Source: the human T2T-CHM13v2.0 reference genome, Homo sapiens. Taken from it: DNA of 64,000 bases. A model generated the notes under the pieces. It searched no databases, was not told the DNA's origin, and worked only from the letters and a program-made list of their open reading frames with translations. Below, in pieces: positions 1 through 20,791 of the stretch. The position numbers and the translations under genes were made by a program. Every line of letters begins with the position of its first letter. Positions within the stretch are counted from its first letter, which is position 1. The DNA lies in assembly GCF_009914755.1 (NCBI RefSeq), contig NC_060940.1. One strand, given 5' to 3'.

Positions 1-2685
1 AATTGCCGGTGTGACAAACACTAACGAACAAGCCATCTTCACAAAAGGGAAGCTTGCAAATTCACTGGTACTGTGAATACAGCGTTCACTTCTATGCAGA
101 CAGAGCCTAAACAAAAGTCAAACCAAATTTCTCAAGATTCTTCATAGAAACCGAACAGAAATTCTCTCTATATATACTCATGAAAGAAAACAACAAAGTT
201 TTCTGAAATAAAAATAACTATAAATAGGTACCACAGTCAATATATACCTACTGGCAAAAGTCAAGGTCATGTCTAGCTAAATGTAGACAGTCCTCACCTC
301 CCCACAAACTCTGTCCTTATTACAACTTTGCCTTAGTCCCTGGCAGCAGGAAAAATATTTTCTCTATCTTCCCAAGTCTACACAAAGCCTGTCACTAAGC
401 TGTCGCTCAATAAATCTTTGATAAGTACATCAATTCCCAGTGTTCCCCCTACTGGATTGAATTTCCAGCACTTTATGCAGACATAGCTGAGAAAAAGCAC
501 ACACGACAAAGCTGAGGGATACGGCCCCAAACTTTCCTTTTTCTTCTCTTTCCTTCCCTTGCCCCAAGAGGGGAAAAATCCTCAATTCTAAATATTTTTC
601 AATTGAGTCTAAATAAGAAGAGTTAGAAACACAAAATTAGCTTTTACCGTTGTGAAGATTTTGCTTGAAATGAGTGTTCTAAAGGTTTTGCCAAAATGTC
701 TGTTTAATTTACTCCAAGTAACCATGCCAATCGATTTAACAATGTTTTCACACGTGTTTATGTCATTAGGGTACCATCCGACCTCTAGTGGCGTTGTTAA
801 GGGACACAGTGCACCATGGTTACTATGCTTTTATATTCTTGGGTAAACATGTTGACTATTCAAAAAGCCTCATTTGAAAAATAAAACACAGCACACAAGA
901 TCAAGCCCAGAAGGGTTAAAATGGAAAACTGATACAAGTTTCGTAACAGAAATTCTGAGGCCTCCCTACTACTGGAATTCTTTCAGCTTTAGTAAGTTCT
1001 CTATCTGCTCTGAAAACCTCTCCTCCTAGGTCAAGTCCCATTCTCGATTTCAATTGCCTTATACTGACACTTTGTTACAATTCAGTTTCCAAATTCCACT
1101 GGCACAGAGGGCCCCCCTCTCTTCATGCCTTCTGACAGCCCATAACTGAGTCAAGTGACAGCTGGGAAGCCAACCTCCTTACGGAGTTCCCAGGCACCCT
1201 GGGCTCTCTTTGTACAGATGCAATTTACAGTTTACAATGCTTTATTCCATTGTGAAAAAATACATGAAACTAAAAACCTCAGTAACGCAGCAACGTTAAG
1301 GAACTGCTTTCCTGTACTCTGGCACTAGCTCTAGCTTGTGGATAGAATCATCTGAAAGAGAAGAGATGGGCAGATTTTACATACACAAAGGCCCAACTTC
1401 ATTATATTCAGATTTTTCAACTATCTTATGAAAGTAACACTATGGACACACCATCCTAAAAGCTGCCCTCAGAACGCAGAGTTCCCTAGTGGTGACAGGC
1501 AGAAAGCTGCTCATGTTCTCTCCCAACTTTATGTGGCCCTCATAAAGAGCTCTCATGTGTGGATAAGGGAATACAGAGACGTGTTCCAAGATAAAATTCA
1601 AAATTCTTGGCTTCATTACCAATAAATCCTACTGAGATTATTCCACATGCATCTCTCTAAAAAGCAGCATTCGGCATACCCACACTCGCCATTCTCCCAG
1701 AGAGCAGTACTAAGAATATGACTTAAATTTCACATTGGAGTGCCTCCCGTAACTTATATTCAAGAAATAGTACAGCTGATTGCCTGGGAATTTGCATGAA
1801 GAACGAAATACCAAAGTAATAAAATGCAGACCAATTCATAGACAGCTAGATCTTTCTTCACATCTGCAAAAAACAGATTCATCATCTCGTGGGGCCAAAC
1901 ACATATCATCTAGTGGATGCCTGAATAAAGATGAGGCCTGTACTTGGCTCTGAGTTTATTAATCCAAACAAGACTTTGACTGTCAGCATTCTGCAGTTTT
2001 CCTGATGGAGAAATCAGGCACCGAGGGCATAGTACAGGCAAGTCACAGTGAGTGTGGAGCAGGTGCCAAGGGCCACTGAATTCTGACTTATTTGGGATCA
2101 GTGGGAGGAAGGGAGCAAATGAATGCAATTTAAACATCACTGGCTTGGCCGGAGTCTTTCTGTCTGCTCCTCTGTAAGGGTGCCTGAACAAAGGCTCTGT
2201 GTCTAGTGCCCAGCACCGTGCCTGGCACAAAAACGGATATCAGTAAATATTTGGAATTCGTGAATAGCAGGTCCTTTCATCTTTACATCCCCAAAGCTCC
2301 TTCAAATAAGTTCGTGCATTTCATGCTACGAGATGGGCACCATCAACCCCATTATATTGGTGGGGAAACAGTGGCTCAAAAGAATGGACTGACCGACCAA
2401 GTCAAGACAGCAGCGAGGGTCGCGGTCCTAACCACACCACAGCTGCAGGACACTTAGATCTCAGCCACGCCCACCCACATGCACCGCCCCCCCCCCACCT
2501 CCTCCGCTGCTTACACGACGCCCCCACCTCGCGCCCCAGTCCCGCCAGGCTGGGGACAAGGCACAGCAGCGTCCTCTCGGCCTCTCCCAGGCCCCAATTC
2601 GACACAACCATTCCCCGTCCCCAGCCCCCGGACGAGGAGGGGGTGCAGCCCCTCCACCCCGCCCCGTCGCCGCCCCTAGCCCGAC
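1..2685 (-). other. CFAP20: CFAP20 intron 1 (5' part)
   Basis: Follows the exon 1 donor. No further CFAP20 coding sequence is recognisable in 1-2685. A MIR-like fragment lies at ~2280-2400. Confidence 0.85.
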
Positions 2686-3450
2686 CTTTTTGTCCCAGAT
2701 TTGCAGAGGCTTGCTGCCGATGCTGTAGAGGATGGAGAGGAAGCCGCTCTGGAACGTGTTTTTGAACATCTCGCCGGCGGCCTTCTCCTAAGCCGCCCCC
2801 GGAGCCGACCTAGGCCCCGGAGTAGATACAGGCACCGAGCGTCGAGGGCACAGCAGCAGGCCGGCCCTGTTCCGAAGAAGGGTGGTTGAGCTCCTGGCCT
2901 CCGGATCTGCAGCCACTGATGGCCGGACTCGGACGCGGCAACGCTAAGTCCGCGATCTTCAGCTCCTAAGCTGCGAGCTCAGAACGGAAACCACAGCAAC
3001 TACCGTCCGCGCCGCGGTATTTCCCCGCCTTCAATGGAGGCGGAGGGCCGCCCGTTGCTTAAAATGAATCCCTCCGCCCATCTGAGCCCGCCCCCCGGGA
3101 GCGCGGGGCCCAATCCCGTTACAAGGACCACGGACTTCCGTTTCGTTCCGCCTGTAAGTCCCGCCTGGTCCCGCCTCCTCCTGAAAAGAGCTCAGTTGTC
3201 AAGGAACTATTTTTCTTGCCGTCGTCCCAGAGATGCCTTTGGAAAAGCGGAAGGGCACGGAGGGTTCTGGAGTTCGTTGCTGGCACCTGCGTGGTGTCAT
3301 GAGAACGTGGCGGGGCGGTGAGTGACGTGAGGGGGCGTGACGGCCAGGCCGGGAGTAGTTGCCCGCGCGGGAGAACAGGGGCTGCGCAGGGAAAGCGGCT
3401 TTGAAAAAGAGCTTCTTGGCGTCGGGCGGACGCCCAACACATGCTTGTCG
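2400..3450. promoter_or_regulatory. CFAP20: CpG island promoter and 5'UTR of CFAP20
   Basis: Very GC- and CpG-rich segment around the start codon. It contains GC boxes (GGGGCGG ~3312), an ETS core ACTTCCG (~3134), a TGACGT CRE half-site (~3323) and CCAAT (~3109, with another just outside at ~3483). No upstream ATG on the minus strand from 2770 to 3078. The exact TSS cannot be determined from sequence. Confidence 0.9.
2686..2769 (-). CDS. CFAP20: CFAP20 (C16orf80/BUG22) coding exon 1, residues 1-28
   Basis: 84 nt encode [28 protein letters not shown], the conserved N-terminus of CFAP20/Bug22. The ATG has G at -3. The exon ends at a phase-0 donor AAG|GTCGGG (GT at 2685-2684). Remaining exons lie left of the window. 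Confidence 0.97.
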
Positions 3451-3713
3451 GCCAAGTACAGGATAAGGTTAAAGGGAACTAACCAATATTCAGCACTAAC
3501 TGTGATAAGCGCCTAATATACATCCCTGCCTGTCATTATTCACATTGTGGCATGCAGTCAAAGCGACACTCTGAGGAAAATGTATCGCCTTAAATACATT
3601 GATTAGAAAATAAGAAAGCCCGAACATGATTAGGCCGGGCGCGGTGGCTCACGGCCGAAATCCCAGCACCTTGGGAGGCCGAGGCAGGCGGATCGCTTGA
3701 GTCCAGGAGTTCA

Positions 3714-3957
<244 letters not shown>

Positions 3958-4395
3958 TCATAAACAAAATTAAGAAAGTTGAGTTGAACCAACAGCTGAT
4001 TTTTATTTTATTATTTATTTGTTTATTTATTTTTGAGACAGGATCTCGCTCTGTCACCTAGGCTGGAGTGCAGTGGCGCGATCATGGCTCACTGCAGCCT
4101 CGACCTCCCCTGCTCAGCCTATCCTTCCACCCAGTCTCCAGAGTAGCTGACTACAAGCGTGGGCCACCATGCCTGCGTTAATTTTTTGTTTTTGTAGAGA
4201 CAGGGTTGCACTGTGTTGCTCAGGCTGGTCTCAAACTCAGGCTGGTCTACACTCCAGCCTGGGCAACACAGTCTCTGAAAAATAAAAATAAAAATTAATA
4301 CGGCTGGGCGCGGTGGCTCACGCCTGCAATCCCAGCACTTTGGGAGGCTGAGGCAGGTGGATCACGAGGTCAAGAGATCGAGACCATTCTGGCTA

Positions 4396-4578
<183 letters not shown>

Positions 4579-5278
4579 TCAAAATAAATAAATTAATAAA
4601 TTAATTAATACCTAGAATATTTTAGAAAACATAAAGTAAGCTACATTTTGAGTGTAAAGGGAAATCTCAAATGTTGACATAGTCACTGAGCATCTACCTA
4701 AATATTGTATTTTTTGCCTAGGCCTGTGCTGGGTGGTATGGCTGATAGAAAAGGAGTCTGTAGCTAATATCATCATTATTAGCAGTTTTTGTCCATTATA
4801 GCAGTAAGTTGAACATTTACTATGTGTCAGGCACTATATATTAACACCTTAGCATGTATTAACTCATTCAGTCCTCACATCAGCCCCCTAAATAATCCAG
4901 CCAGAATTTCTGGACATAGTGAGAAAATATATGAATCTTATTACTGTAGAAAGTCAAAAACTTTTTATATGAAACTGTCATTTTTGGATGATTTCTGGAG
5001 AGGCTATACCTTAGACTGATGAACAATGTATCCTTTGATTTTTATTAAATTGTTAAAAATATCTTAGGCAAAAATTCCAGTTAAGAAAAGCAGACATATT
5101 AAAGAAAGAATTGACTGTAGAAGAGTTATTACGATGATTATTCAAATGCTACACACAACTTTACCCCCTTGAAAATCTGTATGAGATAAATTATTTTCTA
5201 GGAAAAAAGTGACCAATTTTGGGTCTAGAACTAGAAAACCAAATAAACAATAATCATAGAGGAAAATAAAGGTTGTGA

Positions 5279-5533
<255 letters not shown>

Positions 5534-6009
5534 TAGTAGAGACAGGGTTTCACTGTGTTGGCCAGGCTGGTCTAGAACTCCTGACCTTGTGACCCTCCAT
5601 CTCCCAAAGAGCTGGTATTACAGGCATGAGCCACCGCGGCCGGCCAAGTTTACTTTTTTCTGATTAATGTAATCTAATATTAAGTTCATTGAGGAAACTG
5701 TGCAAAATAACATTATGATCACTCATAATGCCATTATTCAGAAATAATTGTGTACTTTTGTGTATTGTCTGTTCATGTCTTCCTGTCTTGCCATCCTCAC
5801 CTATCCATTTGACTTAAGTCATTCCCCTTCCTCAATCCAATTGTTAAAAAATACATACAGACATTCATGGAAGTTTTGTTTTAAGACAGACACAGCCAGG
5901 CGCAGTGGCGGCACCTGTAAGTCTCAGCTAACTGGGAGGCTGAGGCAGGAGGATCGCCTGAGCCTGGGAGGTTGAGACCAGCCTGGGCGACATAGTGGGA
6001 CTTGTCTCA

Positions 6010-6471
<462 letters not shown>

Positions 6472-6535
6472 CTATAATGAAGATGGTGAATAGCTACTGC
6501 ACTCTAGCCCATCTCTAATATTTATATATGTATAA

Positions 6536-6940
<405 letters not shown>

Positions 6941-7328
6941 TAGTAGAGACGGGGTTTCTCTATATTGATCAGACTCGAACTCCTGACCTCAGGTAATTCA
7001 CCCATCTTGGCCTCCCAAAGCGCTGGGATTACAGGCGTGAGCCACCGCGCCTGGCCGAGAATTTCTTTTGCATACACATGCAGTAACAGAATTTCTAGGT
7101 ATTCATCTATGCATATACAACGTGTAATGTGACTAAATGGCTCTCCAAAATAGTGTACCCATTTACACTCACATTAGCAATGCATGAGGATCTCTGCAGT
7201 CACATCCAACCACCAATAATGGATGTTATTTCACTTTCTGAACTTTGCCAGTCTGATAGGTATACAATGACAATTCATTTTATTTATCATTTGTCTGATT
7301 ACTAACATGCTGGCTTATCTCCTCATAG

Positions 7329-7475
<147 letters not shown>

Positions 7476-7949
7476 TAGCTAAGATTACAGGTGCCCACCA
7501 CCATGCTTGGCTAATTTTTGTACTTTTTATTTTTTTTGAGACCGAGTTGTGCTCTTGTTGCCCAGAGTGGAGTGCAGTGGCGTGATCTCGGCTTACCACA
7601 ACTTCCAGCCTCCTGAGATTCTGCTGCCTCAGCCTCCCGAGTAGCTGGGATTACAGGCATGTGCCGCCAAGCCCGGCTAATTTTGTATTTTTAGTAGAGA
7701 CGGGGTTTCTCCATGTTGGTCAGGCTGGTCTCAAACTCCCGACCTCAGGTGATCCACCCGCCTCGGCTTCCCAAAGTGCTGGGATTACAGGCATGAGCTA
7801 CCGCGCCTGGCCAGTTTTTGTATTTTTTAGTAGCGATTGGGTTTCACCATATTGGCCAGACTGGTCTCGAACTCCTGACCTCAAGTGATCTGCCCGCCTC
7901 GGCCTCCCAAAGTGCTGGCATAACAGGCATTAGCCACAGCGCCCGCCCA

Positions 7950-10734
<2,785 letters not shown>

Positions 10735-10951
10735 TAGCCAAGATGGTCTCGATCTCCTGACCTCATGATCCACCCGCCTTGGCCTCCCAAAGTGCTGGGA
10801 TTACAGGCGTGAGCTACGCCAGGCCAGCTTTCATCTTACTAAGAATAAACAATAAGAAAAAATGGGGCAAGGGACTTGCTAATAAGGTATTGGGATAACT
10901 GAACAACCATATGGAAAAATATGTAATTGAATTCCTTTCTCATCCCTCATC

Positions 10952-11068
10952 ATGTAATGAGCTTGTATCATTCTGAAACCATCAACCCCCACCCCTGTTG
11001 TCCCCAGTCCGTGGAAAACTGTCTTCCACGAAACAATTCCCTAGTGCCAAAAAGGTTGGGGACTGCTG
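10952..11068 (+). mobile_element. MER1 (hAT-Charlie) 3' fragment
   Basis: tgtcttccacgaaac...gtgccaaaaaggttggggactgctg, the MER1 terminal sequence. Confidence 0.8.
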
Positions 11069-11829
11069 CTCTAAAGCATGTCAATAAAAATTTTGAAAAC
11101 TAAAGCACAAAGAAAAAAAATAAGAACAATGTGTGAGAGACATGTGCAAAATGTCTAACATATCTGTAGTTTGAGTTCCATGAGGAGAGAATAAGGCAGA
11201 AAAAAAAATTGAAGATACTGAGAATTTTCCAAAATTGATTACACATGTTAACTTACAGATTTGAGAAGCCCTCAAGCAGATTTGAAAAAGAGAGAGAGAG
11301 AAAGCAAGAGAGAGAACACCTAGGTATTGTCAAGCTGCTGAAAACCTAAGACAACCAAAAAAAACCTTATAAGCAGCTAAAGGGAAAAAACACATTAAAT
11401 TCACAGGAACAAATAAAAAAAATTACAGCTTACTCTTCAACAGCAACAATGGAAACCAAAAAACAATGGAATAACATCTTTCAAATACCGAAAAACAAAT
11501 TACAGCCCAGAATTTTATACTGAGACAAAAAGGTCTTCAAACATTTGATAGCTGAAGAAGATAAACACATTTTCACATAAATAAAAGTTAATTCATTTCC
11601 AGCAGATTCACACTACAAGGAATACTAAAGGACGTTCTCCACATTGAAGGAAAATGATCTAAAGAGAAACAGATCTGTAAGAAGAAATGAAGAGCACTGG
11701 TAAAGGTAAATGTAAAATTATTTAAGACTAAACTATATGTTTAAGTCAACAATAGTTGTGATAATTATAACATAATAAAAGTAAAATTACATAACAATGG
11801 CATAATGGGGGGCATGGAATTATATTGTT

Positions 11830-12243
11830 TGCTATAGTTTGGAAGTTTGTTCCCCTAAACCTCATGTTGAAATTTGATCCCCAATGTTGGAGGTGAGGCC
11901 TAATGGGAGGTACTATGATCATGGTTGCGGGATCCCTCATGAGTAAAGTAATGCCCTCTTGGGACTGGGGAGCTCTTATTAGTTCCTGTGAGAGCTGGTT
12001 GTTAGAAAGAGCATGGCACCTCCCTCCTCTTCTCTTGCTTCCTCTCACCATGTGATCTCTGCACATGCTAGCCTAGCTTCACCTTCTGCAATGTGTGGAA
12101 ACAGACTGAGGTCCTCACCAGAAGCAAATGCTAGCACCATGCTTCTTGGAGACCCTGCAGAACTGTGAGTCAAATAAACCTTTTTCTTTATAAATTACCC
12201 AGCCTCAGATATTCCTTCACAGCAACACAAAAGGACTAAGACA
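11830..12243 (+). mobile_element. MST-family MaLR solo LTR inserted into L1
   Basis: TG..CA ends (tgctatagtttgg ... ggactaagaca), internal AATAAA and aaattacccagcctcag. 5-bp TSD ttgtt/ttatt. Confidence 0.85.
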
Positions 12244-12307
12244 TTATTGTAAGGTTTTAGACATTTTACACATTGTATAAGATGTGGTGAAATACTAATT
12301 CAAAGCA

Positions 12308-12460
12308 CAGACAGTCCCTGATTACAGTGGTTTGACTTACAGTTTTTCAACTTTACAATGTGTTCATTGGGATGATTAAATGCATTTTCAACTTAACAAT
12401 ATTTTCGGCTTACAATGGGCGTATCGGGACATAACCCCATCATAAGTTGAGGAACATCTG
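12308..12460. mobile_element. TcMar-Tigger MITE (MER47-like)
   Basis: cagacagtccctgattac ... accccatcataagttgaggaacatctg followed by TA; degenerate TIRs. Confidence 0.7.
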
Positions 12461-13199
12461 TAGATTATAATAAATTAAACATGCACATAGCGATCTAGAA
12501 TAACTATTAAAAGAAAATGCAAACATAGGTATAACTAAAGAGATAAGAGAGAGACAAAATAGATTTAAAACACTTGATTAAACTAAAAGAAGGCAGGAAA
12601 GGAAGAAAGGAACAAAGAACAAATGGGATAAAACAGAACATACAGCAAGATAATAGACTTAAACTCAATTATGCCAGCAATTACATTAAGTGTAAATGAA
12701 CTAAATATGCAGTTAAAATATCTAGATTGGCAGAGTGGATTAAAACAAAATAAGATTCAACTATATGTTTCTTTTTTTTTTGAAAAATAAACATACTTTA
12801 AATATAAGATACATAATAGTTGGAAGTAAAAGAATTCTAAAAAGATATATTATGCAGACACTACTCATAAGGAAGCTGGTGTGGCTGTATTATTAGTCAG
12901 CTAAGGTTACTTCAACACAGAAATATTACCATAGATAAACAGGGACATTTCATAATGACAAAACAGTCAATTATTTAAGAAGATACAATTATAAATGTGT
13001 ATGTACCTAATAACACAACTTACAAGGAGAAATAGAAAACCTGAATTGTCCAAATGTACTAAAGAAATTAAATGCAAAATAAAAATCCTTCCCACAAAGA
13101 ACCCTTCTGGTTCAGGTGGCTTTACTATTAAATTCTTCCACATATTTAAAGAAGAAATAATACTATCTTCACATTCTCTTATAGAAAATATTTCCCAAT

Positions 13200-13352
13200 T
13201 TCTTTTTCTTCCTCCCTCCCTCCCTTCTTTCCTTCCTTCCTTCCCTCTTTCCTTCCTTCTCTCCCCCATCCGTCCTTCCCTCCTTCTTTCCTTCCTTCCT
13301 CCCTTCCTCCCTCCTTCCATCCCTTCCTCCCTTCCTCCCTTCCTTCCTTTTT
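13200..13352 (+). repeat. (CCTT/CCCT)n polypyrimidine tract at an Alu tail (second tract at 14150-14220)
   Basis: Nearly pure C/T run adjoining the antisense Alu at 13355. Confidence 0.9.
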
Positions 13353-14005
13353 AAATTGAGACAGGGTCTTGCCTTACCACCCAGACTAGAGTGCAGTGGC
13401 GTGATTATAACTCACTGCAGCCTCGACTTCCTGGGCTCAAGTGATCCTCCCACCTCAGCCTTCCTAGTAGCAAGGACTACAGGCACATGCCACCATGTCC
13501 AGCTAAATTTTTTTATTTTTTCTAGAGACAAGGTCTTGCTGTGTTTCCCAGCCTAGTCTCAAACTCCTGGACTCAGGCAATTCTTCCACCTCAGCCTCCC
13601 AAAGTGCTGAGATTACAGGCATAAGCCACCAGGCCTGGCCCCAATTTCTTCTACCAATCAGTATAACCCTGATACCAAAACTTAACAAAATAATCGCAAG
13701 AAAACAAAATTACAAGTCAATATTTCTCATGAACATAGATGCAAAAATTCCAAATAAGAGACTAGCAACCAAGTTCAGCAAAATATAAATAAAGGATAAT
13801 ATATCATGAACAAGTAGGAATTACTCTAGGAATGCAAGGTTGGCTTTACACATTAAAATAAATCAGTGTAATTTACCACATTAACAGAATAAAGGAGAAA
13901 AATAATATAATTACCTCAAGAGATGTAGGAAAAAAAGTTTAAATGTTCATCTATGACTTAAAATAATAAAAGAACTGGGTGTGGTGGCTTGTACCTGTAA
14001 TCTTA

Positions 14006-14119
<114 letters not shown>

Positions 14120-14744
14120 TTAAAAAAAAAAGAAAAAACTTTCAGCAAACTCCTTCCTTCCTTCTTTCCCTCCATCCCCCTCTTCTTCCCTCCCTCCCTC
14201 CTTCCTTCCTTCCTTCCTTGCTATCTTGGATAGCAAGATCCAAGACAGGATCTTGCTATGTTGCTCAGACTAGAGTACAGTGGCTACTCCTAGATGCAAT
14301 CATGCTGTACACTATAGCCTGAACTCCTGGTCTAAAGGGATCCTCCTGCCCCAGCCTCCAGAGTAGCTGGGACTACAGGTGTATGCCACCATACCCAGTT
14401 TCAGTTTCTTTCTTTCTTATTCTGAAGAAGGCTATTTACAAAACTATCTCAACTAGCATCACACTTAATGGTGAAATTGAGCACATTCCCCCTGGGGTTG
14501 GAAGCCGGATAGGGATGTTCACTCTAATCACTTCTATTCAACATTGTACTGGAGGTCATAGCCAGTGCAATAAGGTAAGAAAAAGAATTATGAGGTATAA
14601 AATTGGAAAGAAAAAAGTTAGAGTCGGCTGCGCACAGTAGCCTACGCCTGTAATCCCAGCACTTTGGGAAGCCAAGGCAGATGGATCACGAGGTCAGGAG
14701 ATCAAGACCATCCTGGCTAACACAGTGAAACTATGTCTCTACTA

Positions 14745-14981
<237 letters not shown>

Positions 14982-15266
14982 TCAACATTGGAATGGATAA
15001 ATTTTCATATATTTATTCAATGAAATTATATATAACAATGAAAATAATAAATATTCTCCCCACAATAACTTTGCCGAATATGTGCTGCTATTGGTGGTAC
15101 TGCCACTTGTTTGTGCCTTCCAAATCCTGATTAATTCTATTGTGTTTGAGTCCCATTTTAAAAGAGGGAAAAGAAAAGTCCATTTTTTTTCCCTCCTGGA
15201 CTCAAGCGATCCTCCCACCTCAGCCTCCCCAGTAGATGGGGCTACAGGTGCACACACCACATCTAG

Positions 15267-15437
<171 letters not shown>

Positions 15438-16379
15438 TGATGGGAGGGAAGTTCCATTTTGACTCAGCTTTTAAAAAAATACCCTATGAAGAGATTCACC
15501 AGCTCAGCTTTGTTGAGACCCAAATCCTCTGCTTACCTTTACAAATTTTACAAAACCATGTGGACCACTTGAATAAATCACTAAGTCACCTCCCAAGTGC
15601 TTGGAAGGGGCCCAGCAAGTGAGGGTCCCTGAAGTTTGAGTTTCTTCTGGATGAATATGTCTCTGCTTCCCTCATATCATTCCCTTACTGATACTCTATT
15701 CAGCCAGGTTGGTCTTTGCCATTTCCCATAAATAAGCACTTTCCCACCTTATTTCCTGCCCATACCATTCCCTCCTCCATCTTGTCTGCTTATTCCCAGA
15801 AGGCATGGCTTTCCCTTCAACTCTCTTAAAGTGAGGTAGGCGGCAGGGTGAGGTGGCTCACGCCTGTAATCCCAGAACTTTGGGAGGCTGAGGCAGGCGG
15901 ATCACCTGAGGTCAGGAGTTCAAGACCAGCCTGACCAACATGGAGAAACCCCATCTCGACTAAAAATACAAAATTAGCTGGGCATGGTGGCACATGCCTG
16001 TAATCCTAGCTACTCAGGAGGCGGAGGTTGCAGCGAGCTGAAATTGTGCCATTGCACTCCAGCCTGGGTAACAGGAGCAAAACTCCATCTCAAAAAAAAA
16101 AAAAGTGAGGTAGGCTCTCCTTTGTACCCCTCAACCACTGGGTCTAGTGGTGGGATGTAGGTCCTCCTTTTTCTTCATATCTCCTCCCAGACCATTGCCT
16201 CTCTCTCATTCCAAAAACCCCCAGCTCCTTTGAAACTCATACCATCAGCCTCTGCTACCCACTACCCCTCCCTCATTGCAGCCATCTCAGATCCCTGGGT
16301 CATCTCTTGAATATTTAATGCCTGGCCCATTGTCTGTCTCCATGGCTCTCATGAATAACTATTTCTGATTATGTGTGCA

Positions 16380-17296
<917 letters not shown>

Positions 17297-17817
17297 TCAT
17301 TGTTTTCGATGATCCAGGACTTCACTCCACCCCAGCTATCTGCTCCTGTGGAAAGACCTCTCTCTCAAGCATCCCACTCCACTACCTCCTCCTATTATTA
17401 TTCAGGCTGCCTTCTTCTCATGTTCTGAGTCCTTGAGTCCTCAAGTTATGTAACATCATTGGGACTTTGAACATACTACTCTCTTATGTTGGATGCTCCC
17501 TCACTTCTGTCACATCCTCACTTTCCTTTGTCCTGGCTTAGATTTCACAGCCCATTTATTAACTCATTGGTTTGAGTACATCCTCCACAACATTTTCACC
17601 CTCTCCTCCTGGTATGCACATGGATTCATGTAGCAAAACCCAAGCCAGGTTAAATGTGGTTGGGTCTAGTCTGTTTATCCCCAGGCAGTTAGATGTGGCT
17701 GGAGAAAGGTTCACAGCCATGAGGACTCATCTTGCATCAAATTCATAACCATGGACCTCCAGTGGACACTTAGTGCAGCTCAGCAATTCTCTGACATTTC
17801 CTGGGCACTTGCTCTTC

Positions 17818-18180
17818 TGTATTAGTCTGTTCTCATGCTGCTGATAAACACATACCTGAGACTGGGTAATGTATAAAGAAAAAGAGGTTTAATGGACTTA
17901 CAGTTCCACATGGCTGAGGAGGCCTCACAATCATGGTGGAAGGTGAAAAGCACGTTTTACGTGGCGGCAGACAAGAGAGAAATGAGAGCCAAGCAAAAGG
18001 GTTTCCCCTTATAAAACCATCAGATCTTGTGAGACTTATTCACTACCATGAGAATAGTATGGGGGAAACCACCCCCCATGATTCAATTATCTCCCACCGG
18101 GTCCCTCCTACAACACATGGGCATTATGGGAGCTACAATTCAAGATGAGATTTGGGTGGGGACACAACCAAACCATAACA
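17818..18180 (-). mobile_element. THE1 (THE1C-like) MaLR solo LTR
   Basis: tgtattagtctgttctcatgctgctgataaa ... gagatttgggtggggacacaaccaaaccataaca, typical THE1 LTR ends and internal motifs. Confidence 0.9.
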
Positions 18181-18369
18181 CTCTCTTTTATCACCTTCCC
18201 CTCTTCTCCTCAACTTTCAACATTTCCAAACCCAGTGCCTTTTGGATAAATACCATCTTCCTCCTCCTCCTCTTCTTCTTCTTCTCCTTCTTCCCCATCA
18301 CCATTATCTATTTTCAAACCTTTTTAATTATTTCAAACAGGAACTCTGTGCCCATTAAGGAAGTATAAC

Positions 18370-20060
<1,691 letters not shown>

Positions 20061-20062
20061 CC

Positions 20063-20791
<729 letters not shown>

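Noticed and set aside
2461-2685. C-terminal 74 aa of the 102-aa ORF 2461..2769
   Set aside because: Read-through into GC-rich intron 1 past the donor at 2685. Only the first 28 codons are CFAP20.
2930-3376. RFX X-box expected for a ciliary gene promoter
   Set aside because: Only half-sites are visible (GGCAAC ~2937, AGCAAC ~2995, GTTGCC ~3358); no properly spaced palindromic X-box.
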